A DNA stretch of 64,000 nt from Octopus sinensis (taxonomy: Eukaryota), in NCBI RefSeq assembly GCF_006345805.1, contig NW_021833019.1, positions 1-64,000 on the forward strand. The letters run 5' to 3'. The notes under the pieces were generated by a model, which did no database searches, was not told the origin of the DNA, and worked only from the letters and a program-made list of their open reading frames with translations. The number at the start of each line of letters is the position of its first letter. Within the stretch, counting starts at the first letter, position 1. Positions 38,219-51,058 of the stretch are shown here, in pieces. The translations under genes were made by a program, and so were the position numbers.

Positions 38219-39470
38219 TTTTCATTTTCTCATGTGTTGCTCATAAATGCTTTTGACTTCTATTAATTTCTCTTAATTTAGCTTAGTGTCCCCTGTTTTT
38301 ATTTTGATACAATACTTCATTCTGCTCTTTCACCTTCCCAACTTCTCCTACTAATGGCATTCTATACTAGAACATAATTTTTCAGTATGAGTTTTCAGTT
38401 CATATTATAATCTATTTTGTATTGATTTCTCTGCTAGAAAATGACATTTTTTCCTTCAATTTTATGTACATTTTTTCATGCAGTGTTATGAGCCTTACTC
38501 ATTGATATAACACAATGTCTGCAGTAAGATTTGAATTCATGACAAAGTGTTCACTACTTCAGTACTTTTACTTTTATATCTACTTTTCTTAACCTTAATT
38601 TTGCTAAACGCTTTTATTATCGCTATAATTTTAACTCAGTAAATAAAGATGAATTATAGTTTCTTCAAGTATTATTTTATCTTTTCTATTAACCATTTCA
38701 TTAGAATTTGATTTAACTTTCTTCTAAGAAGCAAGAACATTCAAATCCAAATTGTTAGAATGTGTATTTGTAAAAGAAATCGAACTTATAGTTTTATTCT
38801 GATAAAATTACTTCACTCTTTTTTACATAGGTAAATTGCATGTGCAAATATTTATTCAGATCTAGTATTATTCCTCTTATATCTTACTACAAAATGAATA
38901 AATAAATTGTTATGAGAATGAAATTGTTTTTGTGCTTTAGTTGGATGAAAGGGTGTGTTCCTGGCCTGTGTAGACTCTCAAAAGTAGTAAAATTGATGAG
39001 TTTATATGCAGCTTGTACATCAGTATGTCAATATATACAGATAGACAGGCATGAAAGAAATTCCAGAGTGTTGACTTTCTAAGGAAGAAGGAGAGGGGTA
39101 TATTATAATGCAATGTGACACAATATGGGTGGCAAGAAGAGGAGCAACTCTTTAAGGTTGGCTTAGAAAGAGGATGGTATGTAACTAGCTATGTCAGAGG
39201 AGCAGAGATTCTATTCTAGTAGTTTTAGAAGAAGCAGTGAGAAGAGACATGTTTATAAACAAAAGGTTGTTAAGAGCAAATTGGTGAACGAATTTTGCTA
39301 ATAATTTGGAAGATCTTCTGGATATAATCCTAGGATGCGTGTGTAGCAGTACTTTTTCACATGTGGTAACAAGTAAGGGAATGAAGTATACCAAGTTAGA
39401 GCCAAATTTCATGTGTAAGAGTCACAAAATCATCAATAGATAAAGCCATGCCAAATTATTTGTTTAAACC

Positions 39471-39780
39471 AGTGTTTCTCAACCAGGGGCCATGTAGCCC
39501 CTAAGTGTCCATATAAGATTTTCGGGAGATCCATGCAACAAAATAGTAAACAGGGGATCCACAAAAGTATTTGAAGGGACCCTGAAAAACTTTGTTTTAG
39601 ATATATGTATTGGTATGTATTTCAAGAAACAGCTAAGTTTAAACTTTAAACAAATAATTTCGTGTGGGTTTGTCTGTTGATAGTTTTATGACCCTTGCAT
39701 AAATGTATTCTGGCTATGCCTCAGTATACTTCAATCTCTTCCTTGTTGCAAAATGGAAGGGTTAACACAGTTTAAACATC
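39471..39780. mobile_element. Possible hAT (Charlie-like) MITE remnant
   Basis: Starts CAGTGTTTCTCAACC, a typical hAT terminal motif. The opposite end was not confirmed. Confidence 0.4.
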
Positions 39781-39846
39781 TTGGTATTTTTCCTGAATCA
39801 AACTTCAAATTTTTCATTTTTAATTCACTTGAGAACAATTTTTTTT

Positions 39847-39910
39847 GTGTGTGATTGGTTTATTCATCAATAAAAGACACACCTGAAACAGCTGTATTGA
39901 ACCTTAACCT
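39847..39910 (+). ncRNA. 3' half of a type I hammerhead (5'-truncated)
   Basis: Partial long stem II (gtgtgt..tttatt catc aataaa..acacac), then GAAAC-AGCU-GUA with palindromic loop. The CUGAUGA half is missing. Confidence 0.4.
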
Positions 39911-39922
39911 ATTTGATTTCTT

Positions 39923-39924
39923 AT

Positions 39925-40007
<83 letters not shown>

Positions 40008-40011
40008 CACA

Positions 40012-40067
<56 letters not shown>

Positions 40068-40115
40068 ACATATATATGTATATATACATATATATGTATA
40101 TATATATATACATAC

Positions 40116-40146
<31 letters not shown>

Positions 40147-40156
40147 TATAACATAC

Positions 40157-40207
<51 letters not shown>
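39923..40207. repeat. (TA)n microsatellite
   Basis: Direct reading. Confidence 0.97.
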
Positions 40208-40210
<3 letters not shown>

Positions 40211-41611
40211 TACATATGTGGAAAATCGGTATGTGTTTGTTTGTGGCAATGTTAGCTAACTCCTCCTACATCGTTTTATTGATTCTAATGAAACTTGACA
40301 AGTGAGTAGAATTTATGTCTGGAAATCTCATGACATACTTAGATTGTTGAAAAAATGGTAATACGGCTCCTAGAAGGGAACTTTATATCTACCTTATATA
40401 ACTAAATTTTTTGAAACACCCAAGGGAAATGACCCATAGCACCTGCACAATGTCTTGTATAAACACTCAAGGAAAATAACCCATTTTATTGTTTATGTTC
40501 AATTACTTTGAATATTGAGTTCTTGTGTGTCCAACTTCTAATTTTGGCAGACAATATCACTTTTATACTTTATTCCATACGTGAGTAGAACTCATTTCTG
40601 GAAACCTGGTGACATACTTAGATTGTTGAAAAATATTGATAATAGGATCCTTCTATCTACTACATATTACTAATATTTTAGTTAAACAACCCAAGGGAAA
40701 TAACCCATACCACCTGCAGTTTTTAGCAAAGCGATCAATATTTGATTCTCACAATCAGCCGACCTAATTCTGCATTTCACTACTCACAATTTTGAACTGC
40801 TAAACATTATTATTGCACTTCCTTAATTTTAATCTTAAACCTTAAAGACTTCATTCATGCATTTCTATACATGCATACTTTTTTGAATGCCCATTACTCT
40901 TGATAATTCTGCATTTTTACAGTTACACTTTTTCCAGGAGAGTAGATAAATTTTTATTCCACAACATATTTGTAGTGGCAATTCTCGATTGCCAAATTTC
41001 ACTTAACACTTCAAAACACTTTTCTCACGGTAAAACAATAGTTTTTCTGTGAATGACAGCAGTTATACATTTCCCAGATGCCTTGACCCTTCTAACCTCT
41101 TCTAGGCCACCAAGGGCTGGAATGGAGATAACAGACCTCCAACGAAATCATTTATTCTCAATAATATACCTATCCTTCTGGTTGCTTTTCTTATAAAAAC
41201 AAGAACTTCATAAGCTAAAGGTAGTTACTAAGAGCAATCATGTGTGAATGTGAACGTTATTATTGCACTTTCTTCAAACAAACAATGAAATCATTTGTTC
41301 TCAACAGTGTGTCTGTCCTTGTGGCTGTTTTGCAATAGTTATAAAAACGAGAACTCCGTAAGCTAAAGGCAGTTACTGAGAGCAACCATTGGTGATTGTG
41401 AACATTATCATTGCACTTTCTTCAAACACTTCATTCATATGTTTGTATACATAAAATCTCTCCCCATCCAGCTGAGTTTTTTGTACATTTTCATGGTGGA
41501 AAGTATACCTTTGTGTGGCAGTTATAACGAAAGTGCTTTCTTATATCAGAGTAATAAGGCGTTTCAATAGAACATCTGTAACCCCTGGTATTACCGCGTA
41601 TGCCACCTAGT
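40208..41611 (+). mobile_element. Possible non-autonomous Helitron-like element with internal direct repeats
   Basis: 5' motif (GTATGTGTTTGTTTGT..AACTCCTCCTAC..GATTCTAATGAAACTTG), a GC-richer subterminal stretch followed by CTAG at the 3' end, and TA-repeat flanks. Internal repeats ~40300-40445/40580-40717 and ~41170-41280/41338-41428. Confidence 0.45.
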
Positions 41612-41675
41612 ATATACGTATGTATATAAAGATACTCATGTATGTATATGTGTATATATGTATAATATATATGTG

Positions 41676-41739
<64 letters not shown>

Positions 41740-42004
41740 ATATATATATGTATAAAATTTGCCAATATTCTGCATCATGAGGACCTAGGACTTGAGGTAT
41801 TTCATATTGTAAGACAGTGTGTGAGAGAGAATCGTGATGTCATAGGAGACAAAGGTGTCTGCATGGATGGTGGCTCACTTGTATTCAATAATGCTGCAAA
41901 GAGAGAGAGTGGAGAAGCCACTATGAAAGGGAGAAAAAGAGTCTGCCAAATGCCAATCCAAAAGATGGACCAGTTATTGAAACTGACAGTACTTTGGTAG
42001 ATAA

Positions 42005-42082
42005 AGCAATTAAGGGTATGAAAACAGGGACTCCGACGACTGCGAGTCTGCTGCCCTAACCAGTGGGCCATTGCACCTCCAC
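42005..42082 (-). mobile_element. tRNA-derived SINE head
   Basis: Minus strand GGAGGTGCAATGGCCCACTGGTTAGGGCAGCAGACTCGC (A-box-like). Confidence 0.55.
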
Positions 42083-42503
42083 ACATGCACACACACACAC
42101 ATATATATATATATACATATAGACTTATATATTTATATCTATATATATATATATATATATAAAAGAGGAAAGTTTGTACTCCGCAAAAATATATGTATAA
42201 AAAATATATAAAACATTCAAAACCGGATCATCCTTGCAATTTCAGCTGATTAATCTTGAGATTGCTCCGATCTGGCCAGCCCCAAGGAAAAACTAAGCTA
42301 CGAGCATTAGATTTCTTAGAAAAAGGATCGAATGTATACGGAACAAGGACAGAAAAATGGACGATGTTACACGAAAATAAGTACAAAAAACAAAAAGTAA
42401 TACGAATTTGCGAGGATGATCCGGTTCTTAACTGAAGATTAGAGGCTTCGAATGACCCATCCGTTTTCGTATTGTCTATTTGAATGTTTTGCGTTCTTGT
42501 CCT

Positions 42504-42546
<43 letters not shown>

Positions 42547-43093
42547 TATATATAAAACTTTTTACTTGTCACAGTCATTGAACTGGAGCCATGATAAGGC
42601 ACCATTTTGAGGGGTCTGGTTGAACAAATTACCCCAGTAGTTATGTCTTGTCAGATACTTGTTCTAGCAATCTTTTTTTACCAAACTGAGAATGTAGGCA
42701 AACCAACTCTGGTGATCAAGCAGTGTGAGGACGGACAAACATAAACATGAACACACACACACACATACACACACACACACACATGCAACAGGATTCCAGC
42801 CAGTTTTCGTCAATCAAATTTATTCACTAATCATCGGTTGATCTCGGATTACAATGGAAGACACATATGCAAAGTGCTGCACAGTTCATAGATGTTTATA
42901 CATCTTTATACAGAGTTGATGTATAAACATCATATAATATATCCTTGGTATTTAAGGGCTTAATTATAAAAAAAAAAACATCATTAAACTTCACAAGTTT
43001 ATTGTAATAAAATAAATATGTAAGGAATATACTTGTTTGCTTACACAAAATTGACTAAAATGATGGTTGAGAGTGACATATTTTCAGCATATC

Positions 43094-43095
<2 letters not shown>

Positions 43096-43124
<29 letters not shown>

Positions 43125-43190
43125 TGTATGTATGTATGTATGTATGTATGTATGTATGTATGTATGTATGTATGTATGTATGCTTGCATG
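43096..43190. repeat. (TATG)n microsatellite
   Basis: Direct reading. Confidence 0.96.
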
Positions 43191-43349
43191 TATGCATGTA
43201 TGAAAGCATGCATGCATGCATGTATCTGTGAGTGCATGTGCATATTTGTGTGTATGATTATCATTTTCAAGGCACTTTTTCCAAGTTTCTTGGCTTTATG
43301 GACTAGATGGAATTCCTTGAGATTTTCTATGGGTGGATACATAGAAGAT

Positions 43350-44545
43350 ACATGCCCTTATGGCAGCCAGACAGTGAACATGTACATTCTATCTCCCCTA
43401 ACTCTAACGATGAAAACTGCAAGCATCTTGGAATCCATGAGAATGTTGCACACATTGCATACGGAATAACAAAAGAGTACTTTGCAGGCTTCAGAAAATA
43501 TGGAACTCAGAGCTGTCTGCATTTAGCAAGATCATATCTCACCATGCCTATACAGTGATAGTGTTAATACTAACATTTGAGATACTGAACCGGAAACTTT
43601 ACAAGATCTGCAACCAGGACATCTAAACTAGAAAGGTACTGACCATCACTGTTAACTTCCTCAGTAGCAGTGACACACATAGGATCTATGTGGGACAAAA
43701 AATGTTGGTAGATGGATAATGTCAGTACAAACAGCCTTTGAATGTCACAGACAACATCTGCTGAATGGTAAAGAAAGAAATGGATACACTCCATGCATAC
43801 TCAAAAGTTAAAGAATCTTCAGTGCTGGAGAGAAACTGTGCAGCTACTCTGAGAATATTACTGTCTCATGCAACCCAAAGATTGGACTGACTATCTAAAC
43901 AGAAGCTTGGAGGTGAAGTAGGCATCATACTAGCAAAACCAATGAATGAGTACATAAAACTAGAGGATAATAGCAATAACATTAACAGTGACCTCTCTTG
44001 GACCTGTGATTTGATACATTACATTCCACCTGGAAGTGTATGCATTAGCTATTGAGGAACCTGCTAAAAAGAGAGACAAAAATACCACCAAATTTCTCTG
44101 TCCTGAGAGAAAATGTTGGCTTTGCTATACGAGTGTTGAAAATTTTACCTATATCAGCAGCAGCTACCCCAAAATATCTACAAAATATTACCTACCTTTG
44201 AGGTATGATATAGTGGCAAAGACTATTTACAATGCTACCTCTAGGAAGGATTGTCCGACATATACATCAAAGGCATGTCAGAACCAGTATGTATTCACGC
44301 CTTTAAAAACAAAGAATACTGGTGGAAAGCTCAAATAGAAACTGCAGTTCGGTGCAGACATAATAGACCTAGTGTGACAGGGAACAAAAGTCATGTCCTG
44401 CTGTAGAGATAACTTACCCAGCAGACGTAAATTTAGATCAAAAGTTCGGGGAAAAGTTAACATTTATGGTGTATTAAAGCAGAACTTACAGCTCTTGTAC
44501 ACTATGAATTTCCGTTTATACCTGTTACCATAGGTGCATTAGGTT
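43350..44545 (+). mobile_element. Degraded R2/R4-group LINE 3' part (zinc knuckle + restriction-like endonuclease)
   Basis: CWLCYTSVENFTYISSSYP..YYLPLRYDIVAKTIY (cf. CRLC..ET..HI.SGC..Y..RHD.VA), HNRP, and IPVTIGALG at the end. Confidence 0.75.
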
Positions 44546-44622
44546 ATGTACCTGCAAATTTACACAAAAACCTAAAAATACTAAGTTTCTTTTTTTCGGA
44601 ATGAGCAAAGGAAAGTGACATG

Positions 44623-45169
44623 TGTAGTGAATGTGTGTATAAATAAATAAATACATAAATTGTTTCATGATTAAAAAGGAATTTATTTACATGGATTATA
44701 AATACACTACATACAAATGTAAGCAAATGCTACACATTGCTTGTATAGAGCACATATTAAAGATGAATATGTTTGTGTGTGTGGGTGTGTGCATGAATCA
44801 TTCGAAACAGTAGCCTGTAGGCATTTCTCTGTCGTCTCCAAAACGCGGGGCGAGATACATCTGTCTGCTGGTGTGTCAGCTGCGATTGTGTTTCTTTCTC
44901 TGTTTTTCCCTTGTATTTATAATATTTGAAACAGCTAGAAAGATAGACATACTGCAACAGAGTTACTACTTAAGTAGGTCAGCGCTTGTCCAGTTGAACT
45001 TCGCCCGACATGGCTGAGGTCGCAGGTCAAAGGAGATGATCAATCACTTTTTGACAGAACAAAGAGATCTTTAAATTTCGCGCCTATACATGCATTGGTT
45101 TTCGACGACCGATGATTCTTGGATTCGATTTCGAATCTAGGCTTAGAGAAGGAAGTGCTAACTCTTACA
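44623..45169 (-). repeat. 3' LTR (547 bp)
   Basis: Direct repeat of 49923-50467; roughly 3% different by eye. Confidence 0.97.
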
Positions 45170-45182
45170 CTACCCCCCTTCT
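45170..45182 (-). other. Polypurine tract
   Basis: Minus strand AGAAGGGGGGTAG immediately before the 3' LTR. Confidence 0.9.
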
Positions 45183-48100
45183 AGTGAGAAAGCCACAGAG
45201 ATCGAACGATATTGGAAATGTTATTTTTGTGTGTATGCAGAAAAATTTACACATTGTAACAGACAAATGAACAATAAAAATATGAATCAAAGGTTTACTG
45301 TTTGTATGTGCTATATGGTGGGCAATATGTATATGTGCCCAGGCAGAAATATGTTGGCACGTTGAAAGAGATGTGCGTCTATTGATTACTCGACCCACTA
45401 GAGGTCTAATAGAGGCAAGGTGTCTTTCAGTGGCGAAAAAGATCGAGTGGTAGCACACATGAGAATATGACTTGCAAATGTGTGTGAACATACAGTTAGC
45501 AAAAATATATTTACAAGAAGGCAAAACATTTTAAGGAGAAAACAAAAAATATGTACATGCAAAAATGAAAGAAATGTTCATCGGCAAAGTTCGATTGTGA
45601 AATGTTCCGTAAATGTTCATACAGATAGTTCTTCGTTGATGTGGAACAACGTTTCTGTTTCATTTTTTTCCTCCTTATGTACACGAATGTTCCTTGACTT
45701 CTCTGGGCTTGTATGCGGGTGATGCAGTTATGTGAGTTATGTGTTGATGTATGTATTTCATTTAGGAAGATGGACAAGTTAAAAGTTCGGAACCTACCCG
45801 AAAAACTTGCACAAACCTTGCTGGCCATCGAACTGTTCTTCCTGATTTGGTGTGTCGGGGTTGTGCAGAATCTTGTGTTTGCTGGAGTTGTTGAGTCTTT
45901 TCGAGGAAAGGAGGGAACTGGATGTAAGTCCTCCTCGATGAAGGCTTTTTTTAAACGATCAATCGAGACTGTATTTCGTTTGCCTCCAATATCGAGGACG
46001 AGATACTTGGGTTCTCTTTTGATAACCTTGTAGGGCCGGAATATGGTGGCCGAAGTTGAGATGGTATCCCATCATTCCTCACGAAAACATGAGTCTAAGT
46101 GTTGATATCTTTGGGGACTCGTGAAACGACGTTCCGTAGTCTGGGGCCTGAAGGTGATAACTGCGACATGGATGCCCGTAATCGGTGCACATATTGTTGT
46201 GGGTCAGGAAAGTCTTGTGAAACAGTTTCGATCATCTGCCCAGGTAAGGTGAGTGCTGTGCCATAAACGAGTTCAGCCAGAGTATATCCCAGTTCTTCCT
46301 TAACCGTGGATCGAATTCCAAGGAGGATGAGAGGGAGATGTTCCAACCAATGAGAACTGTCTGGAGCTGCTTTGATAGATACTTTGAGTTGGCGGTGAAA
46401 GCGTTCGACCATGCCATTTGCTGCAGGGTGGTAAGCCGTAGTGCGGGTGTGTTTACACCCGAGGAGACGAGTCAGCTCGGTGAAAAGGTGGGAATCGAAC
46501 TGACGTCCTCTGTCGGTGGTGATTGTTGCGGGTGTGCCAAAATGCGAAACCCATTGTGATATCAGCGTTTTGGCGACCGTTTCTGCTGATATATCAGATA
46601 AGGGCCAGGCTTCGGGCCATCGCGAAAAACGATCTACGCAGGTAAGCAAATATGAATAGTTCTGCGAAGGTGGCAGGGGTCCGACGATATCAATGTGAAC
46701 GTGCTGAAATCGTGCGTCGGGTTGCGAAAATGAACCGATTGGTGATTTTATGTGCCGGTGGATTTTCGCTTTTTGGCACGCAACACAACACTTGGTTCAT
46801 TCTCTGATATCCTTGTTGATACTGGTCCACACAAAACGGGTCGATATCAGCTTTTGAGTGGAGCGAATACCAGGATGTGACAGAGAATGCAGAGCGGAGA
46901 AAACTTCTCGACGATGTTTCTGTGGTACATAAGGGCGTTGGTAACGAGTGGAGATATCACACCAAATATTGGCTGTGGATGATGGTAGCGGAACATGCTG
47001 AAATTTCAGAGATGACGAATTCCGGAGCTTTAGAAGTTCTTCGTCATTCTCCTGGTCAGCTGCTATACGTGCCAGATTAATTGTAGACGTGGTGTGGATA
47101 GCATTGATCTGCGTGCGTGAAAGTGCATCGGCTGCTAAGTTGGTCGTCCCTTTGATGTGGCGTATGTCCGTCGTGTACTGCGATATGAAGTCGAGGTGGC
47201 GGATTTCTCTCGGCGAGTGGCGATCCGGCTTGGTGTTAAATGCATATACTAATGGCTATATACTAATGGTCGGTGTATATGGCAAAATTGGTACCTTCTA
47301 GCATGTGACGGAAATGCTTAACGGCCAGGTATGCCGCTAATAATTCCCGACTGAATGTGCTGTATTTGGTTTCCGCGGGTTTTAACCGCTTAGAAAAGAA
47401 AGACAACGGTTGCCATATACCGTCAACAAGCTGCTGTAGTACACCTCCAACTCCGGAATCGGATGCATCAACGAGTAAACATCGTGGGGCGTCTGGTTTT
47501 GGATAAACCAACATGGTAGCGTTGGATAACGCTTTTTTCAGGGCAGCGAAAGAAGCGAGTTGATCTTCGGTCAGAGCTATATCTGCATTTTTGCAAGTTC
47601 GCTGACGTAGCAAATCCGTGAGCGGTTGCGCTATCTCAGCGAGGTGGGGTACGAACCGTCGATAGAAATTCGCTAGACCGATATATTCCTTTAATTTGCG
47701 GACAGATGTAGGTGGTGGAAAATCCACGATGGCCTTGACTTTCTCGAGAAGGGGACGAATTCCATCCTTATCGACGATGTGCCCGAGAAAATGAAGGGAA
47801 GCAACTCCGAACAAACATTTAGTAGGGTTGATAACAACACCAAATTGACGGAGGCGTTCGAATAGTAGGTGAAGGTGTTGGTTATGTTCTTCGTCCGAGT
47901 TACTGGCCACGAGTATGTCGTCTATGTAGGCATAGACGAAAGGCAAACCTCTAGTCACCATGTCGATAAACCTTTGGAATGTCTGTGCCGCGTTGCGTAA
48001 ACCGAAAGGCATACGCAGGAATTCAAACATTCCGAAAGGTGTAGTAACTGCTGTCTTTGAGATGTCCGCAGGTTCCACTGGGATTTGGTTGTATGCTCGC

Positions 48101-49909
48101 ACCAGGTCGATTTTGGAAAAGATGCGAGCTCCATGCAGCGAGCTCAAAAAGTCTTGAAGAAAAGGCACCGGATAGGCATCACTGATAGTGTTTTTATTCA
48201 GCGATCGATAATCGCCGCAAACCCGCCAATCGGTCGATGATTTTTTGGGACGCAGTGTATCGGCGAGGGCCAGTTGCTGCTGGAAGGGCGGATGATTCCG
48301 AGGTCGAGCATGTGCTGGAATTCCCGCTTGACGGCCTGGAGACGATCAGGTGGTAACCTTCTGGACCTTGCAGCAACAGGTGGACCGCTGTTTTGATTTT
48401 GTGGTGGGTAACGTCGTGTTTAATCGGCTGGTTGTGGAATACTGGTCGAGCGACGTCCGGATATTCCCTCAGGATGGAACTGTGACGAGTCGTTGTTGTA
48501 AGCAATACAGTTGGGCTGACTGTAGCCATACGAGCGGCTATACCGCGCACAGTAAGCTTGGTGGTGCTGTCGACAAGTCGTCTGTTCTTTATGTCTACCA
48601 GGAGACCGAAATGATGCAGGAAATCGGCTCCTAAGATAGGGGTCGACAGTTTAGCGACGACGAATACCCACTGAAAAGTGCGGCGCGTAGTCCTAAGTTC
48701 AGTGATAGGACTGTTCACCGTAGGTTGGGATGGGTGAATGGTTGACTGCCTGAAGACAGACTGATGTCTCTTTTCTTTTTCCAGAAGTGTTGGAGACAGG
48801 GATGATGCTGACTTCCGCACCGGTGTCAACCAGGAAACGCGTGCCTGTTACCCGATCGCAAACGAAAAACAGGCGACTGTGTGGGTGCGAGCCAGGAACT
48901 TCCGTCGCGTTCAATTCCTGGCTGTGCCGTTTCCCGAACTGGGTGAGAAAAACGAGCACGGTACCGTACATTTTTGTGCCTGTGTTCCGAATGTTCGGTG
49001 GTACCAACACGTGTGAGTTGCGGGTAACACTGGGGCCTCGAGACCGTCTGCCATCTCGTCGCGATCGGCTGGTGCTTCGACGCTGGGGACTAAGCTTTAG
49101 GGCCTGTATTTGGGTTGTGAGGATCTGTATTTGAGCAGCTTGCTGCGTCATTAATGCACGCAAGTCCGAAATCTCGGAAGAACTGGTTTGTGCACGGAAA
49201 GGATTGGTACTGGGAGCGGCTGGCGTCACCGTTGATACCGTTGGATATTTGTGCGGTACTTCGGCTATTTTGTCAGCTAGCTCCGCCAGTTCTTCAATGG
49301 ATGTATTTTCTCTGGTAGAAGCGAGAACAACCTGGGTATTGGAGGGCAGACGCTGGAGAAAAAGCTGCTTGAAAATTTTTTCTCGGAGGCTCTCATCTCC
49401 GAGAAGCTGCTTCATTCTATGAAGAAGCTAGGACGGCGTTTTGTCACCCAATTCTTCCGATATCAGAAGCTGGCGAAGTCGTTTCTGTTGCGATTCGGAG
49501 GTTCTGTTTATCAGCGTGGTTTTAAAAGTGTCGTACGACACAGAACCGGGTGGTGCCATGATAAGATCACGGACAACGTTTGTTATTTCTGGCGACAGAG
49601 AACCGATACAAACGAACATGCGAAGTCGAGACGAATCGCTCAGTATTCTGTGAGAGGAAAACTGTGCCTCTATATGGTAAAACCATAATGCAGGGTCGTG
49701 GGTCCAGAATGGTGGAATTTTCAAAGAAAGAAATCGCCGCTTGGAATGCCATGTCGATCGGAGGTATGATGTTGGCCGCTGGATTCTGTTCCGGGAGGGC
49801 CATTGTGTTCGTCGGAATTCTCAGGTGTTTCGTTGCGGGGTGATGTGCAAGCTGTAATTCTTCGACGCGGTTGATGAAGCTGGTTCCGGGGAAGGCGCAA
49901 TTCGTTTGA

Positions 49910-49920
49910 CGGGGTCACCA
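49910..49920 (-). other. Primer-binding site complementary to tRNA-Trp 3' end
   Basis: TGGTGACCCCG, 2 nt after the 5' LTR; eukaryotic tRNA-Trp ends in CGGGGTCACCA. Confidence 0.88.
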
Positions 49921-49922
49921 AA

Positions 49923-50467
49923 TGTACTGGATGTGTGTGTGTGTATAAATAAATACATAAATTGTTTCATGATTAAAAAGGGATTTATTTACATGTATTA
50001 TAAATACACTACATACAAATGTAAGCAAATGCTACGCATTGCTTGTATAGAGCACATATTAAAGATGAATATGTTTGTGTGTGGGTGTGTGCGTGAATCA
50101 TTCGAAACAGTAGCCTGTAGGCATTTCTCTGTCGTCTCCAAAACGCGGGGCGAGATACATCTGTCTGCTGGTGTGTCAGCTGCGATTGTGTTTTTTCTCT
50201 GTTTTTCCCTTGTATTTATAATATTTGAAACAGCTAGAAAGATAGACATACTGCAACATAGTTACTACTTAAGTAGGTCAGCGCTTGTCCAGTTGAACTT
50301 CGCCCGACATGGCTGAGGTCGCAGGTCAAAGGGAGATGATCAATCACTTTTTGACAACGAAGAGATCTTTAAATTTCGCGCCTATATATGCATTGGTTTT
50401 TGACGACCGATGATTCTTGGATTCGATTTCGAATCTAGGCTTAGAGAAGGAAGTGCTAACTCTTACA
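49923..50467 (-). repeat. 5' LTR (545 bp)
   Basis: Direct repeat of 44623-45169. Confidence 0.97.
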
Positions 50468-50829
50468 CATGGATTCTCTAAATTTAATCTATGAGCTGTA
50501 CAGTAAAGATTTATAAGACATTCCAAAGATTCTCCATCTGAGATTCTTTACACGAACAGATACACACACTTCAGTGTCTCCATCGAGAGTTTAACCGACA
50601 CATGCTTTCAACCACATATTTACTAATACTGGGAATTCTTTTCAATCAAAATTCTTTTTGTTCTGTTAGCGACCGGCTTCAACTTCCTTGAGATAAACTT
50701 AAATAAAACTCAAAGGAAAACAAACAGTCGGTCTTCCGTTAGTCGCATATTATTACGTAGACGAAGAGAGATCACTCCAACGGCAATGAAAATGCAAACG
50801 AAAAGAATGACGATCTAAGGGAAGTAATT

Positions 50830-51058
50830 CAAGGAAGTTGTACTCGGATTTTTCTACTCTTGGCACAAGGCACAAGGGGATGGAGCCAGTCGATTAGATC
50901 GGTTCCAGTATGCAACTGGTACTTAATTTATCGACCCCGAAGGGATGAAAGGCAAAGTCGACCTCGGAGAGATTTGAACTCAGAACATAAAGACAGACGA
51001 AATACTGCTATGCATTTCACCCGGCGTGCTAGCGTTTTCTGCCAGCTCGCCCCCTTAA
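50830..51058 (-). mobile_element. tRNA-derived SINE
   Basis: Minus strand GGCGAGCTGGCAGAA (A box) and GAGTTCAAATC (B box), then GGTCGACTTTGCCTTTCATCC..GGGGTCGATAAATTAAGTACCAG. Confidence 0.88.

Larger units (their letters stand above)
30656..43340 (+). repeat. Tandem segmental duplication, unit 2
   Basis: Colinear copy of 15464-24325 (to 39100) and of 29925-30583 (42555-43340), with indels in both directions. Confidence 0.95.
44623..50467 (-). mobile_element. Full-length Ty3/Gypsy LTR retrotransposon, CsRn1-type, frameshifted gag-pol
   Basis: LTRs 44623-45169 and 49923-50467 (TG..CA); 4-bp TSD CATG (44619-44622, 50468-50471); PBS; PPT. Gag KIPPFWTHDPALWFYHIEAQF with CHCC knuckle CWYHRTFGTQAQKCTVPC, protease LVDTGAEVS, RT YIDD, RNase H LVDASDSG, integrase [19 protein letters not shown] module. 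Confidence 0.98.

Noticed and set aside
39100-39460. Possible Penelope GIY-YIG fragment (SNLVYFI...)
   Set aside because: Only one short motif; not enough support.
42210-42500. Short inverted repeat (AACCGGATCATCCT) with CTGAAGA, a possible further hammerhead
   Set aside because: No GAAA-stem III-NUH half could be placed in register. It may be a decayed PLE end but is not supportable as a ribozyme.
47960-50316. Plus-strand ORFs over the Gypsy element and LTR ORFs (also 8449-8772, 25185-25565, 26324-26695 antisense to LINEs)
   Set aside because: Shadow ORFs antisense to recognised transposon genes, with no independent motifs.
50990-51058. tRNA gene (also 6290-6370 and 42005-42082)
   Set aside because: A/B boxes are present but there is no full cloverleaf, and each continues into a SINE body.
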